Positions 14,691 to 28,619 of a DNA stretch of 64,000 nucleotides are shown here, in pieces. The position numbers and the translations under genes were made by a program. Origin of the DNA: Prorocentrum cordatum. Lineage: Eukaryota. The stretch spans positions 310,001 through 374,000 of the forward strand of contig CAUYUJ010000037.1 in the NCBI GenBank assembly GCA_963575745.1. The letters run 5' to 3'. Within the stretch, counting starts at the first letter, position 1. Each line of letters begins with the position of its first letter. A model generated the notes under the pieces. That model had not been told where the DNA came from and searched no databases. It saw only the letters and a program-made list of their open reading frames with translations.

Positions 14691-15517
14691 CATGGGGCCG
14701 TGGAGTGGGCTCTCGGCCAAGCGGCTCGTGTTCTGGATGGACGTTTCGTGTATCCATGTTTCGTATGTATCTGCCATTCCTGGCTCAATGCCCGCCCACT
14801 CCTCATCACAGTCGTTGCCCTGTGTCGCGGGCCACTCCGGAGCGCTCCGAGCACCTGCCAGGAGAGATTCCAGGACGAGCGCAAAGCACGCGAACTACGG
14901 AATCAATACTTCCTCGCTTCGAGCTTGTCGCATAGCAGAAGTTCCGTAGCCCGCGAGCGTTTCCCATGAGCGGGGTGAGACCTGACTGATCCCTCCGGAC
15001 TTCGCAGGAGCATCACGGTCTCTTCGGGTGGGCCAGATCCAGTCTTTCCTATCACCCTCCATGGCGTCCGTGCCGCCAGGGCGTTTCCAGTGTCGCGAGG
15101 GAATCGACGAACTGGCAGCCAACTCCGTGCGTCACTGACAGTTGGGCCAGTCATCAAGGGATATCCCTCTTCGGTGTTCTGTCCCCAGCGTCCCTTCACT
15201 AGGTTGCAGGAAGTTGGTTCAGTTGCTCAGCCCTCCTCCCCATGCACGCGCGCGGGACTACGTCAGGGCACATCAAAATTAGACGTCGGCCTGCCAGCAG
15301 GTGCCGCGCGGAAGTTTCTTATCCTCCGATTGCCCCAGAGGTTTGCAGAAGCCCCCCTCCACGATCGACGACTTATGTGCCCAAAGATGTGTCTGGCATG
15401 CACGCGTAAGGCTGCCCGGCTGCCCCAGCTTCTGCGCAAGGCGCTTGGGGCGGCGCGCTCCGAGCCGCAGTCTTGGCCGTGAGGCTCCCCCCCCCTTCCC
15501 CCCCCCCCCCCCCCCCC

Positions 15518-16134
<617 letters not shown>

Positions 16135-16638
16135 CTCCCAGGGCGCCCCGTGCGCTCCCAAAGCCGCACGGAAGCTTCATCCGGATCAAGGAGGAAACGG
16201 AGTCCTGGCGGCAGAAAGTTCCGATCAGCTTTTAACCTGGGCTAGGCCAGCGCCGATCCAAGCGCCGATCCAAGCAATCCGCGTGCACCTGCGACAAGTG
16301 ATGTTTATGCAGCTCGCTGCTACTCTGTAAGAGGATGCGGAGGAATCGACAAGGGCCGAGGAGGCGGGGGAGGATGATACGGACGTCCGGCGTAGTGATC
16401 TTTTCACCGCGTGGCTTCCCAGAGGCCTGGACCTCTTCCCAGGGACAGTTTTTTCATCCGAACTGGCCTTTTGAGTGCCTGGGGCCCACGAGAGGCCGCA
16501 AAACCGGCAAACACATCCCATCGCGAACGCCGAGGAAACCAGGGTAGGAGGAGGAGGAGGAGGAGGAGGAGGAGGAGGAGGAGGAGGAGGAGGAGGAGGA
16601 GGAGGAGGAGGAGGAAAAGGAGGAGGAGGAGGAGGAGG

Positions 16639-16660
16639 TCCGTAGCCATTTTGGTTCAAG
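16639..16660 (+). other. Dinoflagellate spliced-leader sequence (21/22 match) at the LINE 5' end
   Basis: TCCGTAGCCATTTTGGTTCAAG versus DinoSL DCCGTAGCCATTTTGGCTCAAG. Confidence 0.9.
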
Positions 16661-16853
16661 GCTAAACGTTGTGAAGGGCTATAGACGCCCGAGAATGAGC
16701 GATTAGCTTTGGACCCTTCCGTAGCCTGTCTGGCACAGACAGACTTGGGGCTGAGGGCCCACGGTAATCTGACCAGCCGTGCGCCACAGCACGCACAGTT
16801 CTCGTCACAACCATTTCTCGCGGGTGCAGGTCTACGAGTAAAACTACGGAGCA

Positions 16854-17906
16854 ATGGCCAGCGCAGCAAGTAGCAACTTGGCAAAGCAGACCGACGCCAT
16901 GCCGACGTTTGCCAGTCAAGTCCGTCCTCGTACTTCTGATCCTGAGCGGCCTCGTGTGGTTGGTGGTGAAGTCGAGGAAGACTTCGCTTCCCTGCCTGGA
17001 GATGCAGGCACTGCCCAGATCAAGGCCTACGTCGACGACGCGCAGGCTTCCATGCTGGCCGCACTCGAGCAGGCCAAGGGCCAAGAACGATATGGCCACA
17101 TCGGTGCAGAAGTCTGTGGGTGGCTTGGGAGAAACGATCACGCGCTCATGCGCAGCATTGGGCAACCAGGCGGAGAGGCGCTGCGCAGCAGTGGAATTCC
17201 GTCTCGCTGGACATGACGAACAAATTGCAGATCATGCGCGCCAACTTGCAGATATTCGGCGTTTGGTTGGAGTGCCTCAGACTGACACACCTCCGCAGCA
17301 AGCTATCGTCGACAGGTCGCAGTCCGATCGCACCCGTGATTGTACCGTGCTGGTGGCCAGGTCTAAGCCACTCACCACTATGGAGGCGTTCAAGGTGGCG
17401 TTCAAACCCATTTCTTGAGCGCAGCAGCATGGAGGATAGTGCCGTCCGCTTCGAGGGCTTGTCGGCGAACGCGCGTATTCAAGTTTGTGTTTTGGGTGCC
17501 AAGGGATATGCATCTCGGAAGGTCGCACAGATGTTCGGCTCGCTTCGTGAAGCTGATGGATCATGGCTCCGTCACACCGTGGTGGGCTCGCTCGGCGCTC
17601 GCGAGGAGATGTACATCGACGCGGGCAAATCCCCGTGCCAGATCAAGGCGGAGCAGCTGGTCGAGGCTGTTCGCAAAGCATGTTCGGAGTCCTACCCCCA
17701 TAAGAGGTTCTTCGGCGACAAGTTCAAAGGCACCGTCAGTGTCGGCTGGAAGCCGATCATGTCCATTCTTCCCCAGCCTGGGGACAATCCACCCGAGGCC
17801 AAGTGGGCGCAGCAAAACTTGGTTAACGAGGGCATCGACAAAGGGCACGATCTTGCAGGGCATCGCCAACATTGTGTCGGGGCCTGAGCCCGCGCAGTGG
17901 GTTTAA
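16854..17906 (+). pseudogene. LINE ORF1 (coiled-coil nucleic-acid-binding protein), frameshifted
   Basis: Overlapping ORF pieces 16854-17216, 16909-17418, 17120-17887 and 17415-17906 join into one protein with a heptad-like segment, directly upstream of the endonuclease. Confidence 0.6.
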
Positions 17907-17939
17907 CACCATATTCGCGGCCAGATGCCGCAAACGCCC

Positions 17940-20900
17940 GTCTCACTCGCTTATCCTCTTCGGTTTCTGGAACGCTCGGGCTCTGAACTTTCATTCGCGG
18001 CAAGTTCGGGACCAAAAATACCAGTATTTAAAGCAACTGATAGGTTAAGGGCCCATCATTAGAGTCCAGGGGGCCCACGGGACAGCGACCGAGATCCAGG
18101 GGATGATCTATCGGCTACACCTTCCTGTCCTTGCTATCCATTCGTTCTTTCCCCCTGAACCTGATGGCACTCCGCGGGCTGCTGGCGGCGTCGCCACCTT
18201 CGCGCCGAAGTTCCACGGAGTTGCAGGGCGGCCTGCGCCTAATATCGAAGATTGTGTTCTAGCTACGGGGAGGGCATTGAATGTTCGGATCCAGTTTTCA
18301 GATGGGACTCTGATTGCCCACAATAACATTCCCAATTTTGGTTTGTCATGTGCTGTGCGCGACTTCATCTTAGAGACTATCTCCCAGGACCTCGATTTGG
18401 CCCGATTGAACCCCATGCAGATCCTCGTGCTCGTAGGAGGCGACTTCAATATTGCTGGAGCCCCACCGATCGCAGCTCCCAGGACTTCCCCGATTTCCCA
18501 TGCCAAAAACCGAGATTGGCGCCGATCCAGGAACCAGATTTGGGGACCGATGTTTCAGGAATATGTGCGAAATCGAACTCAACAAACCGACCCACTTTCA
18601 CGCTGCGCAAGGGACTTTAAGCAATATCGACCGCTCGCCCGTGTCTCTGCCAGGGCGGTGCGTGGCGCAGTCTTGCGCACGCGCGCGCGCTCGCGGGCTT
18701 CCTGAAGTTCCCCATGCCACTAACTTGTCTGGCCACGTGGAGATTTCCTGCACGGTGGCCCCCGGGAAACAGGTAAAGCCTCAAGACCGTGCCATGCCTG
18801 CTGGTATCTTTCGCCGCCCTGAGTTCGCAGCGAATGTCTCGAATATCTTAGAGCAGGTGGACATGTCAGAACCCCCCCCCCCTCCACTCGAGCTCGCACC
18901 CCAGAAAAGACAGAATGAGGGAAGCCGCTCGCGCTACCAGGGACTCCATCATTCGCGGTCGCCCTGATGATCCGCTCGCTCGTCTTATCGTTCCCCGCTC
19001 TATCTCGCGGGCATTTTGGCAGCAGAATGTCCACCTTGCTCAGCGAGTTACGAGGTCGCGCGCACTGGGCCGGCAGTTTTTGCCCGTCGATTTCGCCGCG
19101 AATTCGGTTGCGATGCTCGACGCTGAGGGCCTCCGCGAGGCGACTGACGCAGCGCACGAGCAGATGTTCCTTTCCGGGCGCGATGCTGTTACTCGCCGGC
19201 TGCAGGACACATCCTGCGAGGTATCGCGCGCCAAGCGTCGCCAGAGGAATGAGGGGGCTTCAGAAACGTGGGCGTTTGTGGGCCCCGTTCAATCGTAAAC
19301 TGTGTCTCCGCGGGATTCGCCCTGCCCCTGACCCCTCGTCGAACTCAGCTGCCATCGCGGACCCGTCCGACGTGCGAACGGAACTGGCGAAGCATTGGGG
19401 CCCGGTCTTTTCGGGTCAGGCGACGGACCGAGCCGCCGCCAAAGTGTACCTGGAGCGCTTCGGGTTCAACTGCGATGTGAGCGACCTACCCCCGCCCACG
19501 GTCTTAGACATCCGCATGTGTTTGAGGAGTTTGAACTCGAGTGCCCCAGGGCCCGACCAGCTGCCATGCGACGCCCGGCGAAACCATCCATCTGGAGAGG
19601 TTGTCTGGGAGAAAGCCATGTCCTGGATGCTTGGGGGTAAATCGCTCTTGTTCGGGACCAACGTGCAAAAGGGCGCGCCCTTCGCTAATGGTGAAGAAGC
19701 TGATGACGATCTCGAAGCACTCAGACATTCGTCCCAGACGCGGCCTCTCGGGCTGAAAAAAACGCGGACATCAAGATTCGGACCAATGTGTGTAGCCGTG
19801 CTTTAACTACAAGATTACCAGATATAAATATCCGACATCAGCGAGGTTTTGTTCCGACACGAAACTGCGGAGAAAACAATTTAGAACTAGATGCGATGAC
19901 CCGTATCACCTCCATGGAAGAGGATGTTGGTCGAAGGCTGCCAGCGCTGGCGTCTTTCGACTTCGGGCAGGCCTTCCCGTCGGTCAGCCACTCGTGGATA
20001 TTTGCAGTGCTCTGCACCCTGCACGTCCCAGAGCCGCTCCGGACGTTCCTGCAGTTGATCTACGAAGACGTTTGGTGTCTCGGGGGCTGTGGTTCCTCTC
20101 TCAGGATCCTCTTCCTGGTCTCCTCGGGGGTCGTCCAAGGGTGCCCTGCTTCAGGAATGCTGTGCGCCTTGGCCTCCCACCCATTCATGTGCCACTTCGT
20201 CGAGGTGCTCCTGGAGATCCCTGGCCTCGGTATTGCGAGGGGATGCGCTGACGACAAAGGACCTGTAGCTTTTGCCATTTCAGGTTTGGGAAAGCTGCAC
20301 ACTGTTTTTAAGGCGGGCCAGAGAGTCGCTAATCTTCGGCTGAAAGTGAACAACTGTTTCATTGTCCCGCTCGTTGGGAAGTTTGCCCCCCGTTTTGAGC
20401 GTGTGTACTCAGAATGGATAGCGACTCACATTCCCGAATGGTCCGAGTTTCAAATCGTCGGATCTTGAAAATACCTTGGCCTAGTGTTAGGCCCCAGTGC
20501 TGGGCTGAGCTTGTGGGATGCGCCTCTTTCCAAATGGTCCAGCCGCTCGATGGCGATTGCTGCCGTCGGTGCGCCCTTCCCCACTTCCTCCTATATGTGC
20601 GAGAGCCGTGCCTTGTCGACGCTGTCACATGTGGGGCAGTTCCAGCGGTTGCCGTTCAAAAAAGTGAGCCCCCTTGGACACCGACTCTTTGAATCGATGT
20701 TCCGTATGCCGCATTGCTGTCTTGCTCGTGCCGACTGGCTCCACTTGTGAAAGCGGGGCGGCCCCAAAGTGCGAAGTGCGATCTTTGTCAACCTAGCTAC
20801 TCTAATTCGTACTGCTTTAAAGGCTCTGCCGATGTGGGCGGAGCTTGCCCCGGAGTTGGTTTCCAGGGCTCGAGATTGTCTTGGGATCCAGGACCTCATT

Positions 20901-21454
20901 CAGCGTCGTCTTTTTCCAGGGTTCTGGGACTCACCATGTTTGGTTCTGGAGCTCCAGGAAGCGGCCAACGGTTTCCCGTCTCACCTGCAGCGGCACCAAG
21001 CAGGCGAAAGAGCTGTTGAGAGTGCTACCCAAGCGATGAGCGACGGGAGAAAAAAGTACAGCGAGCTGCGTTTGACACGTTGCCTTCTCGCCTCTCCCCC
21101 TCGCCCTTAGTCTCTGTCTTCTCTGTTCGTCTCCTTCACCTCTACCCCGGCAGCGCCCAGGAGTTTGCCAAAATCCCCTGGCACCGCGCCCGGTCGGCCA
21201 TCCTGCTCTGCCCTCAAAGCTGGGGAAACAGCCTGTGCAAGACGCTGGCCGGAGCTTGGCGCGCGGAATCGCGATTTCAGAAATCTTCCTGCTGTGCGTT
21301 TGGCTGCTCCTCGTCCTATGACGAACAAACGCATTATGCGAAATGCCCTCGGGTCACGACTCTTATCGGTCGTCTTTTCAATCAGCCAATATTCTCACAT
21401 TGCCCCATCCACCGCCTCGGGTTATTCGAACACCCCCCCCCCCCTCAGCTTTAG
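17940..21454 (+). pseudogene. LINE ORF2 (APE endonuclease / reverse transcriptase), multiple frameshifts and stops
   Basis: Motifs listed for the element above; RT core lies in ORF 19788-20468. Confidence 0.88.
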
Positions 21455-21829
21455 TTTCTTGGTCGCGCCCCGCCAGCTCTACTGCCTAGCCTCCTCTTCC
21501 CCGTCCTTCCCTCTGGATTCTGCTTCTGCGGTTGCTTTGCTCCCCGCTCTCTCCTCCTCCGCGGTTCCTCTGTCCGCCTCCGCCCTCCAACGGGGCACTG
21601 TGGACGACAGTGTGGTCTACCCTGCAGGCGGGCCCCCGCCGACGCCGCCGTCGCGCCGCTCGGACAGCTCGAGCAGCAGCAGTAGTGGCAGCAGTAGTTG
21701 TTGCAGCAGCTGCGGTGGATGATCGAACCCTGTTTTCTGGTGCGAGCGCAGGAGGAGGAGGAGGAGGAGGAGGAGGAGGAGGAGAAGGAGGATTGTCTGA
21801 AAAAAGAGTTGCCGTAGGTGTCCCTTCTG

Positions 21830-24500
21830 CTGCGGGTGATGCATGGCCTCTTGGTTAGACCGCCCGATGTTGTCGCGTCTACTGCTATGCTGCACTCGAA
21901 TATGCGCTGTCATTTCAATCGGTCGATGATCCGAGGGTCGCCCCGTGTGATGTCATTGAAGCCGTTGCTTATTTTGCAGCAGCACAGTGGAAGTGACAGA
22001 GTCGAACGGCCGAACCAAGATGCCATTCATCAGCGTTTGCAAACGGAACACTTACGGCAGTTTTTCGGCCTGGCGAAGGAGAAGCTCGAGGAGGATCTGT
22101 CTATATTACACGTGCCCGCATACGAAGGTAACATGGAAGAGGTGACAGAACATACTTTTCGGCTTCTCAGCAGCGCGGTTCTTCGAGTGTGTAAACACAC
22201 CGCGCTTTACTTCACAGGATGCCATCGCGAGCGCATGCGCGAAGTGAAAGAACTTGCTGCTCTACGACGGCAGGAACGGGAGCATTGCAATCTTGGCTTG
22301 TTGCTTGGAGGAGACTCGCCAGAAGTTAGTCTGGAACTTGTTCGCTGCAGCAGACGGATCAGGAGGACAGCCAGGATATATCGCAAATCCATCTAAGAGA
22401 GGCGAGTGGAGGAGCCGGTGCGAACCGCGAGGAGATTCGCACTCTGCGGACAAAGTGTTGCGACGACTGGCAGGCCGGCATCGAGGGCCGCGGCAGAGAC
22501 AGCGTCGGTTGTTGGTTGGATCGTCGGCGACGGCAGGGCAGTGGCAGACGAGCGCGAAGAATCCCGGTCGGCAGCGAGCTTGTGCAGCAGATGGCAATTC
22601 GAATGATGAGCTTCAACAGCGTTCACGCCTCACCAGAGCACACGGATGCAACGTCAATTATCTACGGGGGTTGGCGGTCGATGATTGAAAGCAGGTCAAA
22701 AACATGCGGCGCATCAAGTTGCGGCGCTCGTGGCCGGAGTGGGGCATGCCGGTGAAGATTTTGCGTATATCGCCGACGGGGCTTGGATATCAGAGTGACC
22801 TCGTGGAATTTGCACCGCTGCAAGTTGCCGTGGTTCGTTTGTTTGTGTGCGTTCCGTTATGCTGGGCGGATGCTAGTGCAGATGCTTCAAGCCTTAGCGC
22901 GTGGTATGCCCAGTAAAAGTTTGAAGGGGGGGCGTGGCGGGACTGGGTCATAATGGTGATGTGTATGGAGGGGGAGGTGTCTTCGCATGGTTTTCGTCTT
23001 ACACAACGATGCACCGAATGCTATAATTATTCAGTTTGGTGCCATGCAGGACTTCGTAGGTGGAGGAGGGGCAGGCGGTCTGGCATGTCGTCTTGACTGC
23101 CCCGATGGACCGGTCGCTGTTGAGGAACGACATGGGCGTCTTCCCCAGACATCGCCATGCTGACAGGATATTCGCAGCAACATATGTCACACAACTCAGC
23201 ATTAGACAGCGAAGTGCCTGGCAGTATGATCTATGACATACGCACAGCGCGCGCGCATGGCCTACCACGGGGAAGTTGGCACATACTGGGGTCACGACGC
23301 TCGTGGATGATATGCGGGGCGAGGTCATAGTGGATGAAGGGGCATCGTTCAGGCAGGGGCTACATATAACAAACACATCACTGGGGGCATAAACATATGT
23401 AGGGTAGCACAACATATAAGAAACAAAAAACTACCTCAATTATGTGACCGCGGCGCCATTCTGCTAGGAGATGTTGGCAAGGAAGGGCGTGTAGTACCAG
23501 CTGCGCGGTATCTAAAAGTGCGAAGTTCGGTTTGCTTGAGCGGCCAGCAGGAGATCACGTATAGGACGACAACTGTAGAAAGAGAGAGAGAGAGAGAGCG
23601 TGGTTCAACATGCGCGGCTTCTGGAGCAGCGGGGCACCAGTTTGAATTTCGAGTTCGAGCTTCCCGAGGCCTTCTGAACGCATGGCCTTGTGGTGCTGAA
23701 ACTCTCATGGCCAAGCGCGGCCGTCGTAGCCAGCAGTATGTACATCTTGTACATACTGCGGTTGTCAACTATGGGAGGGTGGTCTTACCGGGGGCGGCCG
23801 AGGTGGATGGGGGAACACTTGAGGCACATGACGGGGGTTGGGATGTTGAAGCGATCCCGGGTGGCGAGCTACTGGATTGAGCTTCGAGCACGAAGGCTAC
23901 AGTGGCTTCAGGCGGAAGCAGTGTTTCTTCAAACACATGTTTGGGTCATGGTCAGTGTCTTCGGAGAATTGAACGTCGGGGTCTCAGTCTTACAACGCGA
24001 CAGGGAGCCCAAACTGGATGTGAACCCATGGGCCACACAGTGGTGGCAGGCGTCGCGCGTGATTGGGGAGACACAAGACCGTCTCGAGAGATACCAGTCT
24101 CACTTACGCAGTGTGCTGATGGAGGGAGCTGTTTTCTGCCCCGTGGATATGAAGAAGCTACGTGAGCATGCTTAGCTGATCGCAGCGTAGACAAGATCAG
24201 GTGTTAGATGATGACAAACCGCACGCGTGAACCTTATTCGATGCACGTGGCAGCCCATACGCAGCTCTGTTGGTCACGCGTACCTGGTTACACACGTCAG
24301 GCACACACGCGCACTTAGAGGAAGGCGTGGTGCGTGCGATGTTGCGCGGCGCCTTGCAGTCACCAGTGTATGCCGGATATGTTCGACGCTTTTCACGGAT
24401 GTCAGTGCAGTTCGTGCGCACACCATGATCAACATCAGCCATAAGGTATGCCGCGCATACTTAAGTTGCCGAACGCACGAGCTTGTCGAGCGTTAGCCGA
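21830..24500 (+). mobile_element. Highly decayed LINE-like ORF2 remnant
   Basis: Fragmented protein-like frames; TTLVDD at an RT-like position (~23290-23310), RYL, FGELN...NPWATQW and terminal CRIC...H motif. Confidence 0.4.
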
Positions 24501-26290
24501 TCCAGGTCCCGTTGTCTTTGAGTATACGCAAGATCTTGCGTGACATTGCACGAGGCATATCGCCCAGCGTCTGCCGTTTGAATTCCGCGTCGAGTTTGAA
24601 CCGGAAGGAAGGCATTTGGAGGGATCTCAGTTCAACCGGGCAACATTCGAGATCAGCTCCTGTGACAGGTGGAGGCCCGAATGAGAGCGGACGCGAAGGT
24701 CACCGCGCGCAGTGCAGTACTGGCGCAGGATAGCCCCGTCATTCAGAATTGCAGCGATGCGTATCTCCGGTACCTCGAGAACGCTAGCGACGAGAATATG
24801 GAGGATGGGGTGATGGGCCACGATCGGGAGGGAACAGAGCCTCCCAATATGTTATGCATGAATCAACGCCGTAGAGAATTACACGTTCGCGGGTTCTGCC
24901 TTGGCGTCGGGGCAGTCGGCGCTCCAGCGTCTCAACGTCATGATAAAAGGGGGGAGTGGCTCAGCTCAGCTTGCGAGTCAACACGTGCGGGATCAAAACG
25001 TGCGCAGTTATCCCGATGTACAGGTCCAACGCCAAGAATAAAGTTCAGCGACATGTGCATTTCATCGGCCACATAGCCGTCATGGCGACGTCAGGGCACG
25101 AGGTCCTTTTCCGTTCGAGTCGTACAAATCTGCTCTATAGTCTTTAGCTTGGGAACAAGTGCAACTGAACTCGACTGAGGTGCCGGCAGCAAGCGCGCGG
25201 GCAGGAGAAATGGTGAACTGGTGCAGGTCAACGCCTTGCTGGTCCGATTTCTTCGGGCCGTGGAGGTCAACAACAATCCGGACGGGCGCCAAGGGGCAAT
25301 ATGGCCAGGTAGGCCAAGGGCAAGGGCAATGGAAAGGATAACAAGAACAAGGACGTGGAGGAGGGCAATGACTGGGCCAAGGACGCAGACAAATAGGACG
25401 GGGTCGAGGACGTGGAATGGAGGAGGAGGAGGGAGAATGCAGGGCAAAGCTCCGTCGTCTCATCGCAAGAGGCGCAGGTAAAAAGGGAGTCAGCATGCAC
25501 GCTGTGCCGCCACCTTGAGGGACCGCTCGGGAATGGGGGTCGTCGCCAACGCGGCCGACCGCAGAATGAGCGGGCTTCGCCGCCGAGTATGTATTACTCT
25601 TTTGATTTCTACACTCGTCCTGAGCTCGCTGTGTTTCTTAGTCACATCTCATATGTAATCTGCATACGCGCACTTCGTAACAGCACGAGAGCCAGAGCGC
25701 GGTCACTAGATTGTGCAGGCATCCCACATCGCAGCGTAGCATGGATTCTCCTCAGGAGTGCTTGGGTGGGGCGAAGGAAAAGGAGGAGGAAGACGAGGAC
25801 GAGGACGAGGACGTGCACGAGGAGGAGGAGGACAAGGGTGATAACGAGGAAACAAGGATGAAGAGAACGAAGAAGACGAGACGGAGGAGGACGAGGGCGA
25901 GGGGAGGACCACCAACAGGGCGACGAGGACGAGGCCGACGATGAGGATGACAAGGAAACGGAAGATGGCGGTGATGGTGATGGTGATGGTGATGGTGATG
26001 GTGATGGTGATGGTGATGGTGATGGTAATAGTGGTAGTGGCGACCATGGTGGTGGCGATTATACTAATAATGTGGGTGGTGATAGGGATGCGGATGATTA
26101 AGAGGAGGATGAGGACGGGAATCATGATGATGATGATGCTGATGCTGATGCTGATGCTGATGATGATGATGATGATGATGATGATGCTGATGATGATGAT
26201 GATGAGACTTCCGATGGTGCCCATGATGGCGGTGATGCTGATGATGATGATGATGATGATGCTGCTGCTGATGCTGCTGCTGCTGCTGAT

Positions 26291-26354
<64 letters not shown>

Positions 26355-28619
26355 GGGCGTGGGGGAGGAGGAAGACGAGGACGAAGACGAGGAGGAGGAG
26401 GAGGAGGAGGAGGGGGAGGACGTGTCGGCCGAGGTGGCGACGTGCGGAGGAGGCGCGCGACCAGCTGCGCGAGGGGCCCACGAGCGAGGCTGCTGTCCGC
26501 GCCACCGCCGCTGCCGGCCGCGGCCCGAGCCTGCGAGAGCCTGGCCTGCAGATCACCCCGCGCAGGACCGTGCAGATTCGCTATCGGGGGGCCTATCGCC
26601 GACTTATTGGCCTTGCATCTCCGATGTCAACTTGATGCCTCTCCCTGCTGAGCCTGTCCCCCCCCCCACCGTTGCCCCTCAAGACATGCTCGTCCATCCG
26701 CTGGGGGTCCGATATTCCTGGGCCTCGGGAGGCGACGCAAATGGGTATGTTCTGGTTGTGCTTGGGGCCCAACGTTTTCCAAAATGTGTACAACGTGTTG
26801 CGCATGCATGCACTTCGTCCTTTGCCACTATTTGACAGAGGACGGCCCTCCATTCATCTTACTGTTTCAACACATTCACTGATGGATGGCCGTCCTGTTT
26901 CACGACAGGGTTTTCGGTGGATTTCTCATTGCACTTTATTGAAACGCTTCGCTCATTCCGCAGGTCCATCTAACGCGCAGTTGTCGACTGACAGAGTGGT
27001 CTTTCGCGGTGCGGAGCTGTAGGGGCGGCGGCTGTTTTTTGTTTTTTTTTGTTTTTTTTTTATCAGGCTTTGCGTTCGGCATGTGAGGCTTCTTGGTGGC
27101 CGCTGCGGGAGTCTTGAACGCGTCGCGGGCCGTCTGGAAGCGTTTTGCCTGTGGGGACTCTTTCGGGAAGCCTCTTGGTGGCTTCGTGGGGACTCTTAAA
27201 CGCGTCGGGTTGTTGACACTTGCTTGCGTGCTCGGGGGGGCACTTGAGGTGCCTCCTGGGGCCGATTGGGGGCTATCCTGAGGGCCTGTTGGGGGCCTCT
27301 CAGGGGCCTCTCAGGGGCCTCTTAGGGGCCTCTTGGGGGCTCCAGGGGGCTTCTTAGGGCCGAGGGGCCGAAATGTTGTTTCGTGTTCCCCCCTTGGACC
27401 TCTCTTGGGGCGTTTTTGGGGCCTTCTTGGGCCGTCTTGGAGGCCACTCTTGGGCCGTCTTGGAGCCCTCTTGGGTCGTCTTGGGCTCTTTAGGTGGCCT
27501 CTTGGGCCCTCTTCGGGCGGTCTTGGGGGCCTCTTGAGCCGTCTTGGGGTGTCGGGAAGGGGAAAAGGTGGAAACGCGAAAACTTCTCCAAAACCTAAGG
27601 AAACAACAATGATGTTAGCCTCTTGGGGCCCTCTTGAGAGTGCCTTTGGAGGCCTCTTGGGCCGTCTGGGTGCCATCGTGGGCGTCTTGGAGCGATGTTG
27701 TGGCATCTCGGAGCTCTCTTGTATCATCTTGAGGGGCTCTTGGCGGCCTCTTGGCCTTTCTTGGGGCTCTCTGGACGGCCTTGAGGGCGGCGCCCAGGAG
27801 GAAAACCATCTCTGACCCGAGTCGTCAAGGACTTGCCCGGGGTACTTTTCGTCCTGGGACCCCCAGGGGCCGCCCCGCACGCGCGCGAAGTAGAATTACT
27901 GTAAAGCAGTTTCCGTAGATCTCAGCACGCCTCTGGCCCGTTGGGCCGGCGAATTGCGATCCTACCCGTCGTAATTATCATAGCTAGATATACATATTTG
28001 AGAGCGGGGCTCTCGCTTGCTTGCATGACCCCATGAGGCTCCTCTCACAGGGGGGGTCCCTGAGTTTGAAGGAAGTCACGCGTGCAGGGACTTCTCATGA
28101 TGAGGAGACTTGGGACTGAAGGTAGCGTCGCTGATGCACCCTAGGCTCACTCCCGCCCCACCTGCTCCTCCTCGCCCGCCTCCTCTGTTGTCCTCCTCCT
28201 CCTCCTGCCTTGTCCGTCTAAGCCTCTAGATCAAGCCACTCGGTTCGGACCACAGGGGCAGCCGAATCAAGAACAGAGACACCATCCCAGACATCCGACG
28301 TCTGGGTTTTTTGAACATGGGGTTTCCAGAAGTGCCGACCCTTTCCCTCGGGCTGGTTTTTCATCCCAGGCATTTGTTCTACGCGAGGGCCCCCACGGGC
28401 TGAACATTGCAGCAGACCTCCCATCGCGATTTGTCACGACGCGAGGTGGTCTGGGCCCCCCCCCTCCTCCGAAGACGCCGAGATTCAAGGGGCGCCCCGC
28501 GGGGCGCCGCCGCGGGCGCCGCGCCCGCCGCGCCCGCACTGGCGCCGTCGCTGGCAGCCTGCAGCCTGCGGGCGGCCTCCCGCCGCCTGCGGCTTGCAGC
28601 CCGCAGCTGGCTGGCCGAG

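Larger units (their letters stand above)
16639..21750 (+). mobile_element. Apparently full-length, degenerate non-LTR retrotransposon (LINE): ORF1, APE endonuclease, RT and C-terminal Cys/His motif
   Basis: ORF1 is frameshifted at 16854-17906. ORF2 motifs are WNARAL (~17968), VQGAHG, VGGDFN, IDR, LSGH (endonuclease), SAPGPDQLP, HQRGFVP, DFGQAFPSVSH, GVVQGCP, CADD, KYLG (RT) and CAFGC...HYAKCP (~21290-21350). The 5' end is a DinoSL-like 22-mer, and (GGA)n flanks both sides. Confidence 0.88.

Noticed and set aside
13900..15480. Possible further decayed retroelement around the 14495 MITE
   Set aside because: Non-repetitive but no convincing motif recovered by eye.
20244..20255. RT motif CADD as evidence of a Tyr>Cys mutation
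   Set aside because: May be the natural motif of this LINE lineage; not counted in the mutation-bias finding.
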